Positions 51,617-62,021 of a stretch of DNA of 64,000 nt are shown one piece after another. The stretch lies in the NCBI GenBank assembly GCA_037925075.1, contig JAXSNR010000001.1, positions 32,001 through 96,000 of the forward strand, in the 5' to 3' direction. Source of the stretch: Aquificaceae bacterium. GTDB taxonomy: Bacteria; Aquificota; Aquificia; Aquificales; Aquificaceae. Every line of letters begins with the position of its first letter. Position 1 is the first letter of the stretch. The position numbers and the translations under genes are program-made. The notes beneath the pieces were generated by a model, which saw only the letters and a program-made list of their open reading frames with translations, did not search any database and was not told where the DNA came from.

Positions 51617-52366
51617 ATGTTTCAGATTGACCTGTCGGGTAAAAAAGCTCTCATAACGGGCTCCACCAGAGGAATAGGAAAAGCCATAGCGGAATTCCTT
51701 GCAATGTCTGGGGCAAGTGTGATAATAACGGGAAGAGACCAAAGCAAGGCGGAGGAGGTGGCAACCAGTATAGCCAAAAGCCACAAGGTGGAAGCCCTTG
51801 GCATCGCCATGGACCTATCTGACAAAGACTCCATAAGCTCAGCCTATGAGAAGATAGAATCGGTTTTTGGTGGTGTGGACATACTCATAAACAACGCAGG
51901 CATAACAAGGGATAAGCTCTTTTTGAGGATGTCCCTTGAGGATTGGGAGGAGGTCCTGAGGGTGAACCTCACGGGCACCTTTCTGATAACCTCCCTTGCG
52001 GTAAAGGGCATGTTAAAGAAGAGATGGGGTAGGATAGTAAACCTGTCCTCTGTGGTGGGCTTTACGGGTAATGTGGGGCAGGTGAACTACTCTTCAACCA
52101 AGTCCGCCCTTCTTGGCTTTACAAAAAGCCTCGCCAAAGAGCTGGCAAGCAGAAACATAACTGTCAATGCGGTAGCCCCGGGCTTTATAGAAACGGACAT
52201 GACCTCGGTGCTCAGCGAAGACCTAAAGCAGGCTTATCTCAAAAACATACCTCTGGGTAGATTTGGAAAGCCCGAGGATGTGGCGGGTGTGGTGCTTTTC
52301 CTATGTTCGGAGTATGCCAGCTACATAACCGGTCAAGTCCTGCACGTAAACGGCGGTATGTATTAA
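51617..52366 (+). CDS. fabG: 3-oxoacyl-ACP reductase
   Basis: TGSTRGIG, NNAGITRD, NYSSTK, VAPGFIETDMT, VNGGM. Confidence 0.95.
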   Translation: MFQIDLSGKKALITGSTRGIGKAIAEFLAMSGASVIITGRDQSKAEEVATSIAKSHKVEALGIAMDLSDKDSISSAYEKIESVFGGVDILINNAGITRDKLFLRMSLEDWEEVLRVNLTGTFLITSLAVKGMLKKRWGRIVNLSSVVGFTGNVGQVNYSSTKSALLGFTKSLAKELASRNITVNAVAPGFIETDMTSVLSEDLKQAYLKNIPLGRFGKPEDVAGVVLFLCSEYASYITGQVLHVNGGMY

Positions 52367-52376
52367 CTTTTCTTTT

Positions 52377-52865
52377 ATGCCCCTTTGCTACATAGCCATT
52401 GGAAGCAACTTAGAGGACAGGCTCTTTTACATAAATAAGGCTTTGGAGCTTCTCAAAGACTACGGCCGGATAAGAAAGGTATCCACTCTATACATTAGCA
52501 AACCATGGGGCAAGGTAAATCAGCCTGATTTTCTAAACGGTGTGGTTGAATTTGAGACAAGACTTGGACCTATAAGCCTTCTTAAGGTTTTAAAGGAAAT
52601 AGAAAAGAAAACGGGCAGAAAACCGAGAGAAAGATGGGGACCAAGGGAGATTGACCTTGACATACTCTTGTATGAGAATCATGTCCTTATGCTCAGCTTT
52701 CTTAGAATTCCGCACCTCCACCTTACAGAGAGGGACTTTTTTCTCTTTCCGCTCCTTGAACTGAACCCTGACCTTGTACATCCCTTACACAAGACCAAGC
52801 TTGAAGAATACGCAAAGAAGCTTGAAAACCACCTTGTGCCCTTTGCATGCCTTTTACCATTTTAG
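52377..52865 (+). CDS. folK: 2-amino-4-hydroxy-6-hydroxymethyldihydropteridine pyrophosphokinase
   Basis: AIGSNL, QPDFLN, RWGPREIDLDIL, IPH. Confidence 0.95.
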   Translation: MPLCYIAIGSNLEDRLFYINKALELLKDYGRIRKVSTLYISKPWGKVNQPDFLNGVVEFETRLGPISLLKVLKEIEKKTGRKPRERWGPREIDLDILLYENHVLMLSFLRIPHLHLTERDFFLFPLLELNPDLVHPLHKTKLEEYAKKLENHLVPFACLLPF

Positions 52866-53882
52866 CTCGCTTCTTTTGGTGTAGGTTTGTGGCTTTGCTT
52901 GGAAGAAGTCCGTCTTTGTGTCGTTTATGCTCCTAAACTGGTCAATCCACTTCATGGGGTTATCCGTCACCTCAGGATACAAGGGCTTAAAGCCAAGTTG
53001 GGTAAGCCTTAGGTTAGAAAGATACTTTATGTACCTATCTATGAGGTAGTCGTTAAGACCAAGTATCTGGTTCTGGGTGACATACTTGCCCCACTCTATT
53101 TCCTTTTCCGTGGCAAATCTAAAAAACTCATACACCCACCTTTCTATCTCTGGTGTGAAAAGCTCTTGCTGTTCTTCCTTTAACGTCAGGATGATGTTTC
53201 TAAAGAGGGTCACGTGGGTTAGCTCATCTCTGTTGATGTACTTGATCTGCTGGACCGTGTTTCTTACCTTTCCTTGTCTTCCAAGGGTGTAAAAGAAGGC
53301 AAAGCCTGAGTAAAAGTAAAGGCTTTCAAGCACGTAGTTGCCAAAAACCGCCTTTATGAAGTTATCCTCCGTAGGATTTCTTATAAACTCGTTGTACAGC
53401 TCCGCAACGACCCTGTTTCTTTCCATCAGCACAGGGTCCTGCCTCCAGTAGTTGTATATTTCATCGGCAACCCTCGGGTCCACCACGCTTTCAAGGATGA
53501 ACTGATATGAGTAGCTATGCAAGGCTTCCTGAAACTCCTGAGAGGTAAGAGCCATCACAAGCTCCGGTGCGGTTATGTACCTTGCAAACTCCTTAAGCAT
53601 GTTTACCTGATAGGAGTCAAGGGCTATAAGGAAGGAAAGAACCATCTCGTAAGCCCTTTTTTCGTACTCGGAAAGCTCTTTTTCATACTGCTTTCTGTCT
53701 TCGTGCATGGATATCTCTTCCGGTATCCAAAAGTTGGTAAAGCCCATGGTCTTATAAAGGTCAAAAGCCCACTGATACTTGACGCTGTTTAGCTCCATTA
53801 TGTTGGTTGGATTGCCAAAGGCTATTTTTCTCTTAGAAGGTTCTCTATCGCCCTCAGGGTTAAAGATTATAGTCCTTTCCAT
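52854..53882 (-). CDS. nrdB: Ribonucleotide reductase class I, beta subunit
   Basis: FWIPEE, LDSYQ, QEALHSYSY, LESLYFYSGF, RDELTH, TDFF. Confidence 0.95.
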   Translation of the reverse strand: MERTIIFNPEGDREPSKRKIAFGNPTNIMELNSVKYQWAFDLYKTMGFTNFWIPEEISMHEDRKQYEKELSEYEKRAYEMVLSFLIALDSYQVNMLKEFARYITAPELVMALTSQEFQEALHSYSYQFILESVVDPRVADEIYNYWRQDPVLMERNRVVAELYNEFIRNPTEDNFIKAVFGNYVLESLYFYSGFAFFYTLGRQGKVRNTVQQIKYINRDELTHVTLFRNIILTLKEEQQELFTPEIERWVYEFFRFATEKEIEWGKYVTQNQILGLNDYLIDRYIKYLSNLRLTQLGFKPLYPEVTDNPMKWIDQFRSINDTKTDFFQAKPQTYTKRSELKW

Positions 53883-53893
53883 CTTCTACCTCC

Positions 53894-56185
53894 TTAGGTG
53901 GAACAGCTTTCACACTCTTCAATATCTGTCATGGACTTGCTTCTTGTGTAGTACATGGTCTTTAAGCCCAACTCCCAAGCAAGCTCGTAAAGCCTTGAAA
54001 GCTTGGGACCATCTATATTCTCCGGGTCTATGAAGAGGTTAAGGGACTGTGCTTGGTCTATCCACCTTTGCCTTACCGCACCAGCTTTTATTATCCACTC
54101 TTGGTCTATACTGTATGCACTTTTGTAATGCCAAAAGTATTTGTCAATCTCCGGTGGCACCTGCGGAAGTATGCCGGACATGTTCTCTTCCTTGTAATAC
54201 TTGGCGAATATGGGGTCTACCGAAGGGGTTGCACCCACTATGAGAGAAGTGGAGCCTGTGGGCATTACCGCAATAAGGTACGCGTTTCTCATGCCGTGCC
54301 TTTTGACCTCTTCCGCAAGACCAACCCAGTCAAAACCGTTTTTAGAAATCCTCGTGTTCTCCTCCGCGGTCCTACCAAAGAAGATACCCTTGCTCCAGTC
54401 GGAGCCTTCAAAGAGCTCATACCTTCCCCTTTCCTTTGCCAACTGCATGGAACCTTTTATAGCATAGTAGGCTATCCTTTCAAAGAGGGCTTCCGCAAAC
54501 TCAAGGTGCTCTTCTGACTCCCATTGGATACCGTGCTTAACAAGGCAGTAGTGGTAGTTGCTCACCCCTATGCCTATGGACCTGTACCTTTTGTTTGTCC
54601 ATTCTGCCTCCTTTATGGCATAGAAGTTTATGCTTATCACATTGTCCAACACCCTCACCAACAGTGGCACAACCCTTTCCATATCCTCCTTTGTGTAGAC
54701 CTTTCCCAAGTTTATGGAGCCAAGATTACACACTACCACATCGCCAGCCTTCTTTCTGTGGATTATGGTACCATCTTCTTGTAGAGTATCTTCCATGTGT
54801 AGAGTAGTGGACATGTTTTGGACAATCTCATGGCAAAGGTTGGAACTATATACCATACCACAGTGTTTATTAGGATTTAGACGGTTGGCGGTGTCTCTAA
54901 AAAAGATATAGGGCTCTCCAGTTTCAAAGATCACGGTCAAAAGCCTCTTCCACAGTTCAAAGGCATCCACTTGCTTTTTTGCATAATCTGGTAGCTCCTT
55001 TTCCAGCCGGAGGTAAAGTTCTTCAAACTCCTCTCCGTAAAAATCTTCAAGGTTTTTCCCATCCTTTACAGCCTTACAGTAATAGGGGTCAAAAAGCGTC
55101 CATTTCTCCCTTGCTTTGAGCCTTTTCATAAAGAGGTCTGGAATGGCTATTGCGGGATGTATGTCATGGGCTTTTTTTCTTTCGTCCCCCACATTGGTTT
55201 TCACCTCAAGAAAATCCAAAACATCCTTGTGCCATATATCAAGGGTTATGGAAGCAGAACCTTTCCTCATACCAAGCTGGTCCACGTATATCATCACATC
55301 GTTGAGTATCTTCACCACAGGGAGAACTCCAGAGCTTGCACCTTTGAACTTCCTTATGGGTGCACCCGTTGCCCTTATTTTACCCAAGTATATGCCAAGA
55401 CCACCTGCAAACTTGGAAATCTGCCCAGCCTTCTGCACGTTGTCGAAGATGTCATAAAGGTCGTCATCCACCGTGAGGACAAAGCAGGAGCTAAGCTGAG
55501 TGTGGGTCCTGCGGGCGTTCATAAGGGTGGGGGTTGCCAAGGATATCTCGTGCTTGCTCATAAGGTCATAAAAAAGCTTTGCATAACCAAGCCTCTCTTC
55601 CTTTTTCTCTGGAAGGGCAAGGGTCATGGCTATAAGCATATACATCTCCTGAGGTAGCTCTAGTATGTTTCCGTCCTCATCTCTGACCAAATATCTATCT
55701 GCGAGCACCTTTATACCCGTGTAGTTAAAAAGCAGGTCCCTGTCAGGGTCTATATACCTTGCCATCTGACTGAAGTCCTCTTCCGTGTACTCTTTGAGGA
55801 GGTACTCTCCATATATACCCTTTTCCGCATAGGTTTTTACCAGCTTGTAAAAGCTATCTGGGTTGTATGGTTTGTATTTTCCGTTTATTTTGTCCTTTAC
55901 CTCATAGCCCCTGAGATGCCCAACGTCCTTGTAAAGGTCATAAAGAAGCAATCTTGCCGCCACGTATTGCCACTGGGGTGTTTGGGGTGATACCTTCTCC
56001 GCCGCAGTCCTTATAAGGAGCTGTTGTATTTCCTTGGTACTTATCCCATCCTTGAACTGTATCTGAGCATCCAATTCAAGCTCCATAGGGTCCACATCTA
56101 TACCTGCACAGGCAAAGTCTATTACTATGCGTATCTTAGATATGTCCAAAGACTCCTTTTTTCCGCTCCTTTTGAGAACTTGCAT
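53894..56185 (-). CDS. nrdA: Ribonucleotide reductase class I, alpha subunit with ATP cone
   Basis: VLKRSG, ATPTLMN, LSSCF, SNLCHE, CNLGS, MPTGSTS, DQAQS, C-terminal CESC. Confidence 0.96.
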   Translation of the reverse strand: MQVLKRSGKKESLDISKIRIVIDFACAGIDVDPMELELDAQIQFKDGISTKEIQQLLIRTAAEKVSPQTPQWQYVAARLLLYDLYKDVGHLRGYEVKDKINGKYKPYNPDSFYKLVKTYAEKGIYGEYLLKEYTEEDFSQMARYIDPDRDLLFNYTGIKVLADRYLVRDEDGNILELPQEMYMLIAMTLALPEKKEERLGYAKLFYDLMSKHEISLATPTLMNARRTHTQLSSCFVLTVDDDLYDIFDNVQKAGQISKFAGGLGIYLGKIRATGAPIRKFKGASSGVLPVVKILNDVMIYVDQLGMRKGSASITLDIWHKDVLDFLEVKTNVGDERKKAHDIHPAIAIPDLFMKRLKAREKWTLFDPYYCKAVKDGKNLEDFYGEEFEELYLRLEKELPDYAKKQVDAFELWKRLLTVIFETGEPYIFFRDTANRLNPNKHCGMVYSSNLCHEIVQNMSTTLHMEDTLQEDGTIIHRKKAGDVVVCNLGSINLGKVYTKEDMERVVPLLVRVLDNVISINFYAIKEAEWTNKRYRSIGIGVSNYHYCLVKHGIQWESEEHLEFAEALFERIAYYAIKGSMQLAKERGRYELFEGSDWSKGIFFGRTAEENTRISKNGFDWVGLAEEVKRHGMRNAYLIAVMPTGSTSLIVGATPSVDPIFAKYYKEENMSGILPQVPPEIDKYFWHYKSAYSIDQEWIIKAGAVRQRWIDQAQSLNLFIDPENIDGPKLSRLYELAWELGLKTMYYTRSKSMTDIEECESCST

Positions 56186-56324
56186 GAGCTTACCTCCTTT
56201 TCTTATGTTTTTAGTTTATGTTCATCCACATCCTTGTGGCAAGTTCAAGAGGTCCTTGAAAAGCCATGACTTTGGCCCCTATTCTACTTAGTATGGCTTC
56301 TTCCATAAAAAACACTCCTGAAGG

Positions 56325-57575
56325 CTACTCCATCTTCAGATGGGCTATCGCCTCAATGTGGTAGGTATTGGGAAAGTTATCCACCATTCTTACACTGATA
56401 GGCTTGTAGCCACCTTTTACCAAGACCTTTAAGTCTCTTGCCAGTGTGGTGGGTTCGCAGGAGATGTAAAGGATTTCCCTTGGTTTATTCCTTAGAATCA
56501 TTTTAGCTTCACCGTTGGAAAGCCCTGACCTTGGAGGGTCAAGAAAAAAAAGGTCTATAGGCTCTCCCGCATGTCTTTTGAGGGCTTCCAGACCGCTCTC
56601 GTGCTCAAAGCTCACATTGCTTACAGAATTTATCTTTGCATTGTATTCAGCATCTCTTATAGCTGACCTGTTAGTGTCGTAAGCTAAGACAAATTCTGAC
56701 CTTTCCGCCAAGAAAAGGCTAAAAAATCCTATACCGCAGTGTAGCTCGAGAACACGATTGAGCATTTCCTTTGGAAGAGTAGAACCTACAAAGGAGCCCC
56801 ACAGAAAATGGTTAACCTGAATAAAGGAGTCCATACTTACCCTGTATCTGTAAGGACCAACCTTTACAAAGGTAAAATCCCTACCAAGGCTATAGAGTCT
56901 CTGGTCTTTGTATAGACCCACACCCACTACCTTCTTGGGAAGAATAGCTTCTATTAGCCTTCTGAGTTTGTCTTTGGGAAAACTTTTTTCTGAGTAAAGC
57001 TTTAAAAGAAATTCTCCTTCATGAGGAGAATAAAGCACGTGTATCTCCTTTAAACCATCTATCTTTTTTACAATCTCTTTGAGAGAGGGAATTAGATCAT
57101 TGATGGCTGGGTGGACAACAAGGCACTCCTTAACTTCAACTATCTTATGGCTTCTTCTTTCAAAAAATCCCAACTTTCCCTCGGAAGCCTTAAACTGAAC
57201 CCTAACCCTGTACCCAAACTCTTCAGAAGACAGGGAAGGTTCAAGACTTTTCAGCTCTAACTTACCTATCCTACTTAGGGTTTCAAGAAGTATCTCCTCC
57301 TTTGACTTTATCTGAGCGGGATAGTCCATATGTTGAAGTTGGCATCCTCCACAGATTCCAAAGTATGGACAAGGTGGTTCTCTCCTCGCGGAGGAGGGCA
57401 TTATCACCCTCTTTACCCTTGCAAGAAGGTAGTCTTTCTTCTCCTGAAAGGTCTGAACCTCTACTATTTCACCGGGAAGTGCGTAATCCACAAGGACGCT
57501 TTTTCCTTCCCTCTGGGCAAAGCCGTAGCCACCGTAGACGAGCTTTTTTATGTACAGACCCTCTTGTGAGTTCAT
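56325..57575 (-). CDS. RNA (uracil-5)-methyltransferase, RlmD/TrmA family
   Basis: TRAM domain, CPYFGICGGCQ, SFIQVN, DPPRSG, YISCEPTTLARD, FPNTYHIE. Confidence 0.9.
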   Translation of the reverse strand: MNSQEGLYIKKLVYGGYGFAQREGKSVLVDYALPGEIVEVQTFQEKKDYLLARVKRVIMPSSARREPPCPYFGICGGCQLQHMDYPAQIKSKEEILLETLSRIGKLELKSLEPSLSSEEFGYRVRVQFKASEGKLGFFERRSHKIVEVKECLVVHPAINDLIPSLKEIVKKIDGLKEIHVLYSPHEGEFLLKLYSEKSFPKDKLRRLIEAILPKKVVGVGLYKDQRLYSLGRDFTFVKVGPYRYRVSMDSFIQVNHFLWGSFVGSTLPKEMLNRVLELHCGIGFFSLFLAERSEFVLAYDTNRSAIRDAEYNAKINSVSNVSFEHESGLEALKRHAGEPIDLFFLDPPRSGLSNGEAKMILRNKPREILYISCEPTTLARDLKVLVKGGYKPISVRMVDNFPNTYHIEAIAHLKME

Positions 57576-58555
57576 GAGAGTCCTATAAGAGTTTGAAAGT
57601 CTTCCTCAGACATAACATCTATATGCCAGCCGGTAAGCTTGTTTGCCAACTTCACGTTTACACCATGCTTGCCTATAGCGAGAGATAGTTTTTCCTTGGG
57701 CACCGCCACCTCTGCCCTTTTGCTTTTTCTGTCAAGCCTTATTTTTGACACGGGGGCAGGAGAGAGGCTTCTCCTTATAAGCTCTTCATCATCGGAGGTC
57801 CATCTTATCACATCTATCTTCTCACCAGAAAGCTCCTCGGATATGGGAGCTATCCTTGAACCTCTTATGCCCACTATAACACCCACGGGGTCTATTTTCG
57901 AGTCCTCGGAATGTACAAGCACCTTTGCCCTCTCCCCCGGCTCTCTCACTACAGCTTTGATGACCACATCACCTCTTGCAACCTCTGGCACCTCATGCTC
58001 TATGAGCTTTTTAAGAAATTTAGGGTGAGTCCTTGACAGTATTATTTCATATCTTCCCCTTTTCTCCTTCACACTCAAAAGCAGGGCCTTAATCCTATTG
58101 CCCTGTTTGTACTCTTCTTTTCTTATCTGTTCTCTTTGTGGAAGTACTCCCACCACCTTGCCCAGGTCCACTATTACATCACCCTCTTCAGTCACCCTTC
58201 TAACTATACCGAACACTATATCCCCCTCTCTTTCAAGATATTCGAGGTATCCCCTCTCTTCCTCTGCCCTCTCAAGCTCTTTTAGAAATTCCTCCTTTGC
58301 AGCATGAGCTGCTATCCTGTTTACGTCCTCCGTTGATATATCCAAAGGAAGCTTTACCAACTCACCGTTTCTTCTTCTCACTACGCATACCCTTATTTGA
58401 TCATCCTCAAGATGTACTTCAAGGTCTTCCCTTATTCTTCTATCCTTTTTTATGGCGATGGCTATGGCGTTCTTTAGAGACTTCTCCACAATCCACTCGG
58501 GTAGGCTTTTGTCCTTTGCTACCTGCTCTATAAGCTTTTTAAGATTCTTTACCAT
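57572..58555 (-). CDS. nusA: Transcription factor NusA
   Basis: S1 domain, LSRTHP, EVPEV, REPGERAK, EKIDVI, LAIGKHGVNVKLA. Confidence 0.95.
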   Translation of the reverse strand: MVKNLKKLIEQVAKDKSLPEWIVEKSLKNAIAIAIKKDRRIREDLEVHLEDDQIRVCVVRRRNGELVKLPLDISTEDVNRIAAHAAKEEFLKELERAEEERGYLEYLEREGDIVFGIVRRVTEEGDVIVDLGKVVGVLPQREQIRKEEYKQGNRIKALLLSVKEKRGRYEIILSRTHPKFLKKLIEHEVPEVARGDVVIKAVVREPGERAKVLVHSEDSKIDPVGVIVGIRGSRIAPISEELSGEKIDVIRWTSDDEELIRRSLSPAPVSKIRLDRKSKRAEVAVPKEKLSLAIGKHGVNVKLANKLTGWHIDVMSEEDFQTLIGLS

Positions 58556-59022
58556 TTTTCAATCTCCAAGTTGGCTCTGGCAATAAGAGAAAGGGGAATG
58601 TGATATTCTCTACCCGTTTCCTTTTCTCTTAGTTGTAGAATACCCTCTCTGAGAGCCTCTATGTATCCTTTCATCTCCCTTTTGCCTTCTATAGGTTCTC
58701 TAAGGATAACCCTTATTAGTCTTCCTTGAAAAAACTCAAAGTGAGAAGGCTTTGTTAGCTCCCTCGTAAGCCCAGGTGAGGACACCTCAAGCACGTAAGA
58801 AACGGGCACAATATCCTCCACATCCAACAGGGCACTTATTCTCTTGCTTACCTCTTCGCAATCTCCTAAGGTTATGCCACCTTCCTTGTCCAGTATAACC
58901 CTCAACACCCATCCCCTTTCCGATTTAAACTCCACATCAAAGAGTTTATAGCCCATGTTTTTCACTATGGGCTCCACAAGCTCCTTTACTTTTTCCGCTA
59001 TTACTTTTTCCTGCAAATGCAT
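58549..59022 (-). CDS. rimP: Ribosome maturation factor RimP
   Basis: LRVILDKEGGITLGDCEEVS, YVLEVSSPGL; start about 59022; upstream of nusA. Confidence 0.93.
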   Translation of the reverse strand: MHLQEKVIAEKVKELVEPIVKNMGYKLFDVEFKSERGWVLRVILDKEGGITLGDCEEVSKRISALLDVEDIVPVSYVLEVSSPGLTRELTKPSHFEFFQGRLIRVILREPIEGKREMKGYIEALREGILQLREKETGREYHIPLSLIARANLEIEKW

Positions 59023-59058
59023 GGTTCTACAATTATAGCACTGTATAATGTTCTTGGT

Positions 59059-59970
59059 ATGGAGCTTGAGCTTGTGATATCGGAAGTAAGGAGGGTGCTC
59101 AGGGGGAAGGATGAAGTGGTGAAATACTCTTTCGTATGCCTTCTCTCGGGCGGGCACCTTCTTTTGGAAGATGTGCCGGGTGTAGGGAAAACTACCCTTG
59201 CCCTTTCCATGGCGAGAGTTCTTGGCTTTTCCTTTGCAAGGATCCAGTTTACGAGCGACCTTTTACCCTCTGACATACTTGGGGTGAGCGTTTATGACCA
59301 ATCAAAGAAATCCTTTGTTTTCAAAAGAGGACCCATATTTAACAACCTCATACTTGCGGATGAGATAAACAGGGCTACACCAAAAACCCAGAGTGCACTG
59401 TTAGAAGCGATGGCGGAGGGTAAGGTCTCCATTGATGGCGTAACCTACGAGCTTCCTCAGCCCTTTTTTGTGATAGCCACACAAAACCCCGTAGAACAGT
59501 ATGGTACATATCCTCTTCCAGAGTCTCAGCTTGACAGGTTTAGCATGAGGCTAAGCCTTGGATACCCAGACATGGAAACGGAAGCCCAAATACTCAGGGG
59601 AGAAAACCCCCTTGAAAAGGTTGAAAGATTAAAGCCCGTGCTAAAGCCTCAAGAAATTGTATCCACGATGGATGGTATAAAAAAGTGCTACGTATCCCCA
59701 GAGGTAGCCCACCTCGCGGTGGAAATAGCCCATGCCACAAGACAGCATCCAGATATAATCCTTGGCGTATCCACAAGGGGTCTTATACATCTTATAAACT
59801 GTGCCAAGGCGATGGCTTACACTAAGGACCGAGACTTTGTGGTTCCAGAAGACATTTTTGAACTTGCACCCCTTTGCCTTTCCCACAGGATAATAACAAG
59901 GGAAGGTGGGCAGGCGGATCAAATCATAAGGAGTGTAGTTGAAGATATAAAAACCGTCTTCAAATCTTAA
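59059..59970 (+). CDS. MoxR-family AAA+ ATPase
   Basis: GHLLLEDVPGVGKT, RIQFTSDLLPSD, DEINRATPKTQSALLEAM, ATQNP, QLDRF. Confidence 0.93.
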   Translation: MELELVISEVRRVLRGKDEVVKYSFVCLLSGGHLLLEDVPGVGKTTLALSMARVLGFSFARIQFTSDLLPSDILGVSVYDQSKKSFVFKRGPIFNNLILADEINRATPKTQSALLEAMAEGKVSIDGVTYELPQPFFVIATQNPVEQYGTYPLPESQLDRFSMRLSLGYPDMETEAQILRGENPLEKVERLKPVLKPQEIVSTMDGIKKCYVSPEVAHLAVEIAHATRQHPDIILGVSTRGLIHLINCAKAMAYTKDRDFVVPEDIFELAPLCLSHRIITREGGQADQIIRSVVEDIKTVFKS

Positions 59971-59983
59971 TAATTTTTTCACA

Positions 59984-60019
59984 AAAAGCGATATATAATA
60001 TAAAAGCGATATATAATAT
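59984..60019 (+). repeat. Perfect 18-bp tandem duplication upstream of the OmpA-family gene
   Basis: AAAAGCGATATATAATAT x2, each copy containing TATAAT. Confidence 0.9.
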
Positions 60020-60038
60020 AGTGTAAGGAGGTAGGAAC

Positions 60039-60698
60039 ATGAAAAAGGTAGCCTTAGCTTTAGCATTATCCTCAGGCTTTGTAATGGCCCAGGACAAGGA
60101 AAAGTCCCTTGACCCCTGCGGGAGCCCCAAGGAGTTTTACTCCAAGTATCTCTTGGACAAATGCTACAAGGGGTACTTTGATGCCATAGTGGAGAACAAA
60201 AGGCTTGCAGAGGAAGCAAGCAAGAAAGCTGATGATCTTGAGGGAAGGGTCAGAAAGCTTGAAGGCACAGCAGAAGACCACGAAAGACGCATAAGAGCCC
60301 TTGAGGGAAGACCTGCACCAACACCTGCACCCACACCAAAGAGGGAGGAAGGTGTTGGTCCATACAAGTGGCAACTTGAAGAAGTCGGGGTTGTCTACTT
60401 TGACTTTGATAAGTTCCACATAAAGTCCTCTGAAGCAAAGAAGCTTGACGAGATGGTGGAAAAGCTAAAAGGAGAAAGCAGGGAAGTTCTTGTGGTAGGC
60501 TTTGCAGATACCAGAGGAAGTAGCAAATACAACTTCAACCTATCCACGTGGAGGGCACAGATGGTAGCCAGCCATCTGGCAAGGAAGGGCGTGGATATAG
60601 GAAGGATAAGGGTGGCTTCTTACGGTAAGGAGGTGGCGGACCTTCTAGGTCCAAAACACGCACAGCAAAGAGCGGTAAGAATCTACCTTATAAAGTAA
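60039..60698 (+). CDS. OmpA-family peptidoglycan-binding protein
   Basis: Signal peptide, coiled coil, PAPTPAPTP linker, VYFDFDK, GFADTRG..YNFNLS.WRA; SD AAGGAGG. Confidence 0.88.
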   Translation: MKKVALALALSSGFVMAQDKEKSLDPCGSPKEFYSKYLLDKCYKGYFDAIVENKRLAEEASKKADDLEGRVRKLEGTAEDHERRIRALEGRPAPTPAPTPKREEGVGPYKWQLEEVGVVYFDFDKFHIKSSEAKKLDEMVEKLKGESREVLVVGFADTRGSSKYNFNLSTWRAQMVASHLARKGVDIGRIRVASYGKEVADLLGPKHAQQRAVRIYLIK

Positions 60699-61804
60699 TC
60701 CCTTAACCTTCTGGCACCCTCTTTGAGGGTGCCCCCATCCTTTGCAAAGGATATCCTTATGTATTTTTCTGTGTTGTTCTTCCCAAAATCCACACCGGGC
60801 GTAACCGCAACCTTTGCCTCCCTCAAAAGTTTCTGTGAAAGAGTGTAACCATCAATCCCGTACATTTCCACCTTTGCCCACAGATAAAAGGCTCCCTCCG
60901 GGTATGCGTCAATGTCAAAAAGGTCCTTCAGCTGTTGGTAAAGAAAATCTCTCCTTTTTCTGTAGGTATCTCTCACCTTCTCAAGATAGGCATAGTCAAA
61001 AGCTCCGAGAGCGGCGTATTGGCTCAATACGGGGGCGGATATGAAAAGGTTCTGTAGCACCAACTCCGCCTTCCTCACCAGACTATCGTCGGGAAGTACC
61101 ATCCAGCCAAGCCTAAAGCCGGGCATACAAAAAGCTTTTGAAAAGCCACTTATAACTATTGCCCTTTGGCTGAATTCAAGAGCGGTCCTTTCTTTCCTAT
61201 CATAAACCAGTCCATGGTATATCTCGTCAGATATAAAGTATTTACCTTTCTCCTCGCAGTATGCTATCAAAGATTTCAGGTTATCATCCTTATAGAGAGT
61301 GCCGGTGGGGTTTGCGGGAGAGGATATATGGACTGCACTAAAGTCCTTTATCTCCCTCAGATGGTCGGGGACTATCTGATATCCTGTACTTCTGTCCACC
61401 CTTACAAAAAGGGGGTCTATGTCAAGCACGTGGGCAAAGTTCTTGTAGCAAGGGTAAGAGGGGTCAGAAAGCACAACTCTTTCTCCTGCGTTCATAAGTA
61501 TGGCATAGGCTACAAGGAAGGCTCCCGATGTTCCAGTGGTTATAACAACCCTTGAAGGGGAAACATCAACGCCATAATACTCATAGTAGTGCTGGGCTAT
61601 ACGTCCCCTCAGCTCCCAAAGACCAAGACTGGGTGTGTAGAAGTACTTTTTTTCCTTTATAGCTCTCTCAATAGCTTCTATTACGGTAGGTGGAGGCTCA
61701 AGGTCTGGTTCACCTATTTCCATATGAACCACATCCCTTATGGCTTGGGCTTCCTTGAGAATGTCCATAACTATAAAGGGGCTTACTCTGTCAAGTCTTC
61801 CCAT
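60683..61804 (-). CDS. PLP-dependent aminotransferase class I/II
   Basis: EIGEPD, SPANPTG, SDEIY, GFSKAFCMPGFRLG, IRISFA. Confidence 0.92.
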   Translation of the reverse strand: MGRLDRVSPFIVMDILKEAQAIRDVVHMEIGEPDLEPPPTVIEAIERAIKEKKYFYTPSLGLWELRGRIAQHYYEYYGVDVSPSRVVITTGTSGAFLVAYAILMNAGERVVLSDPSYPCYKNFAHVLDIDPLFVRVDRSTGYQIVPDHLREIKDFSAVHISSPANPTGTLYKDDNLKSLIAYCEEKGKYFISDEIYHGLVYDRKERTALEFSQRAIVISGFSKAFCMPGFRLGWMVLPDDSLVRKAELVLQNLFISAPVLSQYAALGAFDYAYLEKVRDTYRKRRDFLYQQLKDLFDIDAYPEGAFYLWAKVEMYGIDGYTLSQKLLREAKVAVTPGVDFGKNNTEKYIRISFAKDGGTLKEGARRLRDYFIR

Positions 61805-62006
61805 CTTTAATGTTTTCTAGAAAAGCATCGTAGTACAACTTACTATCAAAGGACTTGCCTTCAAGCATAGGTCTGAAAGCTTCTTTCAAGACCTCCTTTA
61901 AGAGTATGGCTTCAAACTCAATGGCAACCGCTTTTTTATCTCTTTTAAGAGTATCCATGTAATTCGTTCCTTGAATGGAAAAAAGCATTTTTCTGCTAGG
62001 CTCCAT
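61791..62006 (-). CDS. FlgJ-like rod-binding protein, possibly C-terminally deleted
   Basis: AIEFEAILLKEVLKEA resembles the FlgJ N-terminal motif; lacks the usual GGxGxA tail. Confidence 0.5.
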   Translation of the reverse strand: MEPSRKMLFSIQGTNYMDTLKRDKKAVAIEFEAILLKEVLKEAFRPMLEGKSFDSKLYYDAFLENIKDGKT

Positions 62007-62021
62007 TGCTAAAATTATAAT

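Noticed and set aside
52854..56185. Intein or intron in nrdA/nrdB (Aquifex NrdB has an intein)
   Set aside because: Both ORFs are normal length with continuous motifs
56226..56239. Palindrome CCACATCCTTGTGG near this position upstream of nrdA as an NrdR box
   Set aside because: Spacing and core fit the NrdR consensus poorly, and no clear second box is present
59641..60219. 192-aa minus-strand ORF and other short antisense ORFs
   Set aside because: They overlap well-supported genes on the opposite strand and show no recognisable motifs
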